Source of the DNA: Azolla caroliniana
Taxonomy: Eukaryota > Plantae > Polypodiophyta
Length of the DNA stretch: 64,000 nucleotides
Direction: 5' to 3'
Assembly: GCA_043228905.1 (NCBI GenBank)
Contig: JBHGNT010000005.1
Location: forward strand, 21,514,001-21,578,000
Of the stretch, positions 63,208-64,000 are shown one piece after another (the stretch's first letter is position 1; each line of letters begins with the position of its first letter). A program made the position numbers and the translations under genes. The notes beneath the pieces were generated by a model. That model ran no database searches, was not told where the DNA came from, and saw nothing but the letters and a program-made list of their open reading frames with translations.

Positions 63208-64000
63208 AGTGGGAGCTACGGCGGATCGGGAAAGACCACCGGGTGACTATGGTGAGCGTGGTCCCCGCGTCTCGTTGAGGTATTTCGGGAGCGCAAAATC
63301 CCCTCACGACAGGTAGTATTAAGGTCGCTAAGGCGCGGTCTTTGCCATGCGCGTTCTTCTGCCTGGCGTGTGACGGACCTTGTTATTGGCCGGTCTTGTC
63401 GTGTTGATTCTCTGGGTCGTCTGCGGCTAAACATCCATTCGTTGTTGCTCATCTGTGAGGAAACACAAATCAACAAGCGTGCCAAAAGTGTTGCCGTTTA
63501 GGAACACGGTCCACGGTCAGTCCTTCGACCTAGACTTCAAGTAGGTGTGGAACAACGAACAGGTGTATAAGCGTATTGCGTAAGGGTAGAACCCCTGTAA
63601 CCTATCAGCGTATAAGGGAAGACGGATACAACCGAATCCCTATTCACGGTTACACTTACGTACTACAATGCTTAAGTAATTAGGACACCCACTCTGAACT
63701 AGCCGTAGCTATACACAGAAAAATAAGAGAAGATAGTATTCTATTATAAGGCGTTTCTTTACATTCCCCAAAATTACACGCACCTCTATCAGAGGTTTTC
63801 TGCCCTTTATATATGCAGGGTCTAGTTAGCCGTTCACGCTTCCTGCGTGAACCGTTACATGTGTTATGCTCTTATATAATTTCTTACTCCTACGCTTTTG
63901 TCTGTCGGTTACTATTCCGGTGGACAACAAAGATGCACTAGTACTTGTTGGGGCATGGATATTGGAGCTATGTGGAAGGAACTAACGAGGTACCACCGGA

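Larger units (their letters stand above)
54078..63929 (-). mobile_element. Full-length Ty3/gypsy non-chromovirus element C (OTA/Selgy-like RT) with extra 3' ORF
   Basis: LTRs 54078-55191 (containing a solo LTR) and 63489-63929, with perfect TSD AAGAT (54073-54077 and 63930-63934). Gag-pol is on minus. Confidence 0.92.
53431..64000 (+). mobile_element. Ty1/copia element C (5' LTR 53431-53905, PBS, gag start), interrupted by gypsy C and continuing past the window
   Basis: TGTTGAG...TTTACA, then Met-type PBS TGGTATTAGAGC at 53906-53917. Gag MDRGMTSSLPTEKLDRRNYASWSYK resumes at 63930 as KMH*YLLGHGYWSYVEG. Confidence 0.88.

Overview
Plant nuclear genomic DNA, most likely from a fern or another non-angiosperm. 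The main clues are a plastid insertion carrying ycf12/psb30-trnG-trnR-atpA with apparently unedited C-to-U sites, and Tcn1-like and Phygy-like LTR elements. The window is mostly deeply nested transposable elements: three Ty1/copia elements, three Ty3/gypsy elements, several solo LTRs and three RTE-like LINE pieces. It contains one intact intronless ankyrin-repeat/PGG-type membrane protein gene (16096-18003, minus) and a deleted paralog (51265-52418). The most unusual features are: (1) a decayed two-gene cassette (about 24.1-36.5 kb) pairing a Sola-like/DUF7869-type DDD transposase head-to-head with an intron-containing ParB-like plus beta-class DNA amino-methyltransferase gene, with a second truncated copy of that gene next to it; (2) a gypsy element (54078-63929) with tRNA-Arg 3'-end-related sequences inside both LTRs in inverted orientation, no visible polypurine tract and a large extra coiled-coil ORF; (3) a gypsy element with a G_GAU_UUU slippery site and predicted H-type pseudoknot located after the protease; (4) a microsatellite-associated repeat made of two convergent tRNA-like modules. 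All family assignments come from motif recognition by eye, not from database searches.
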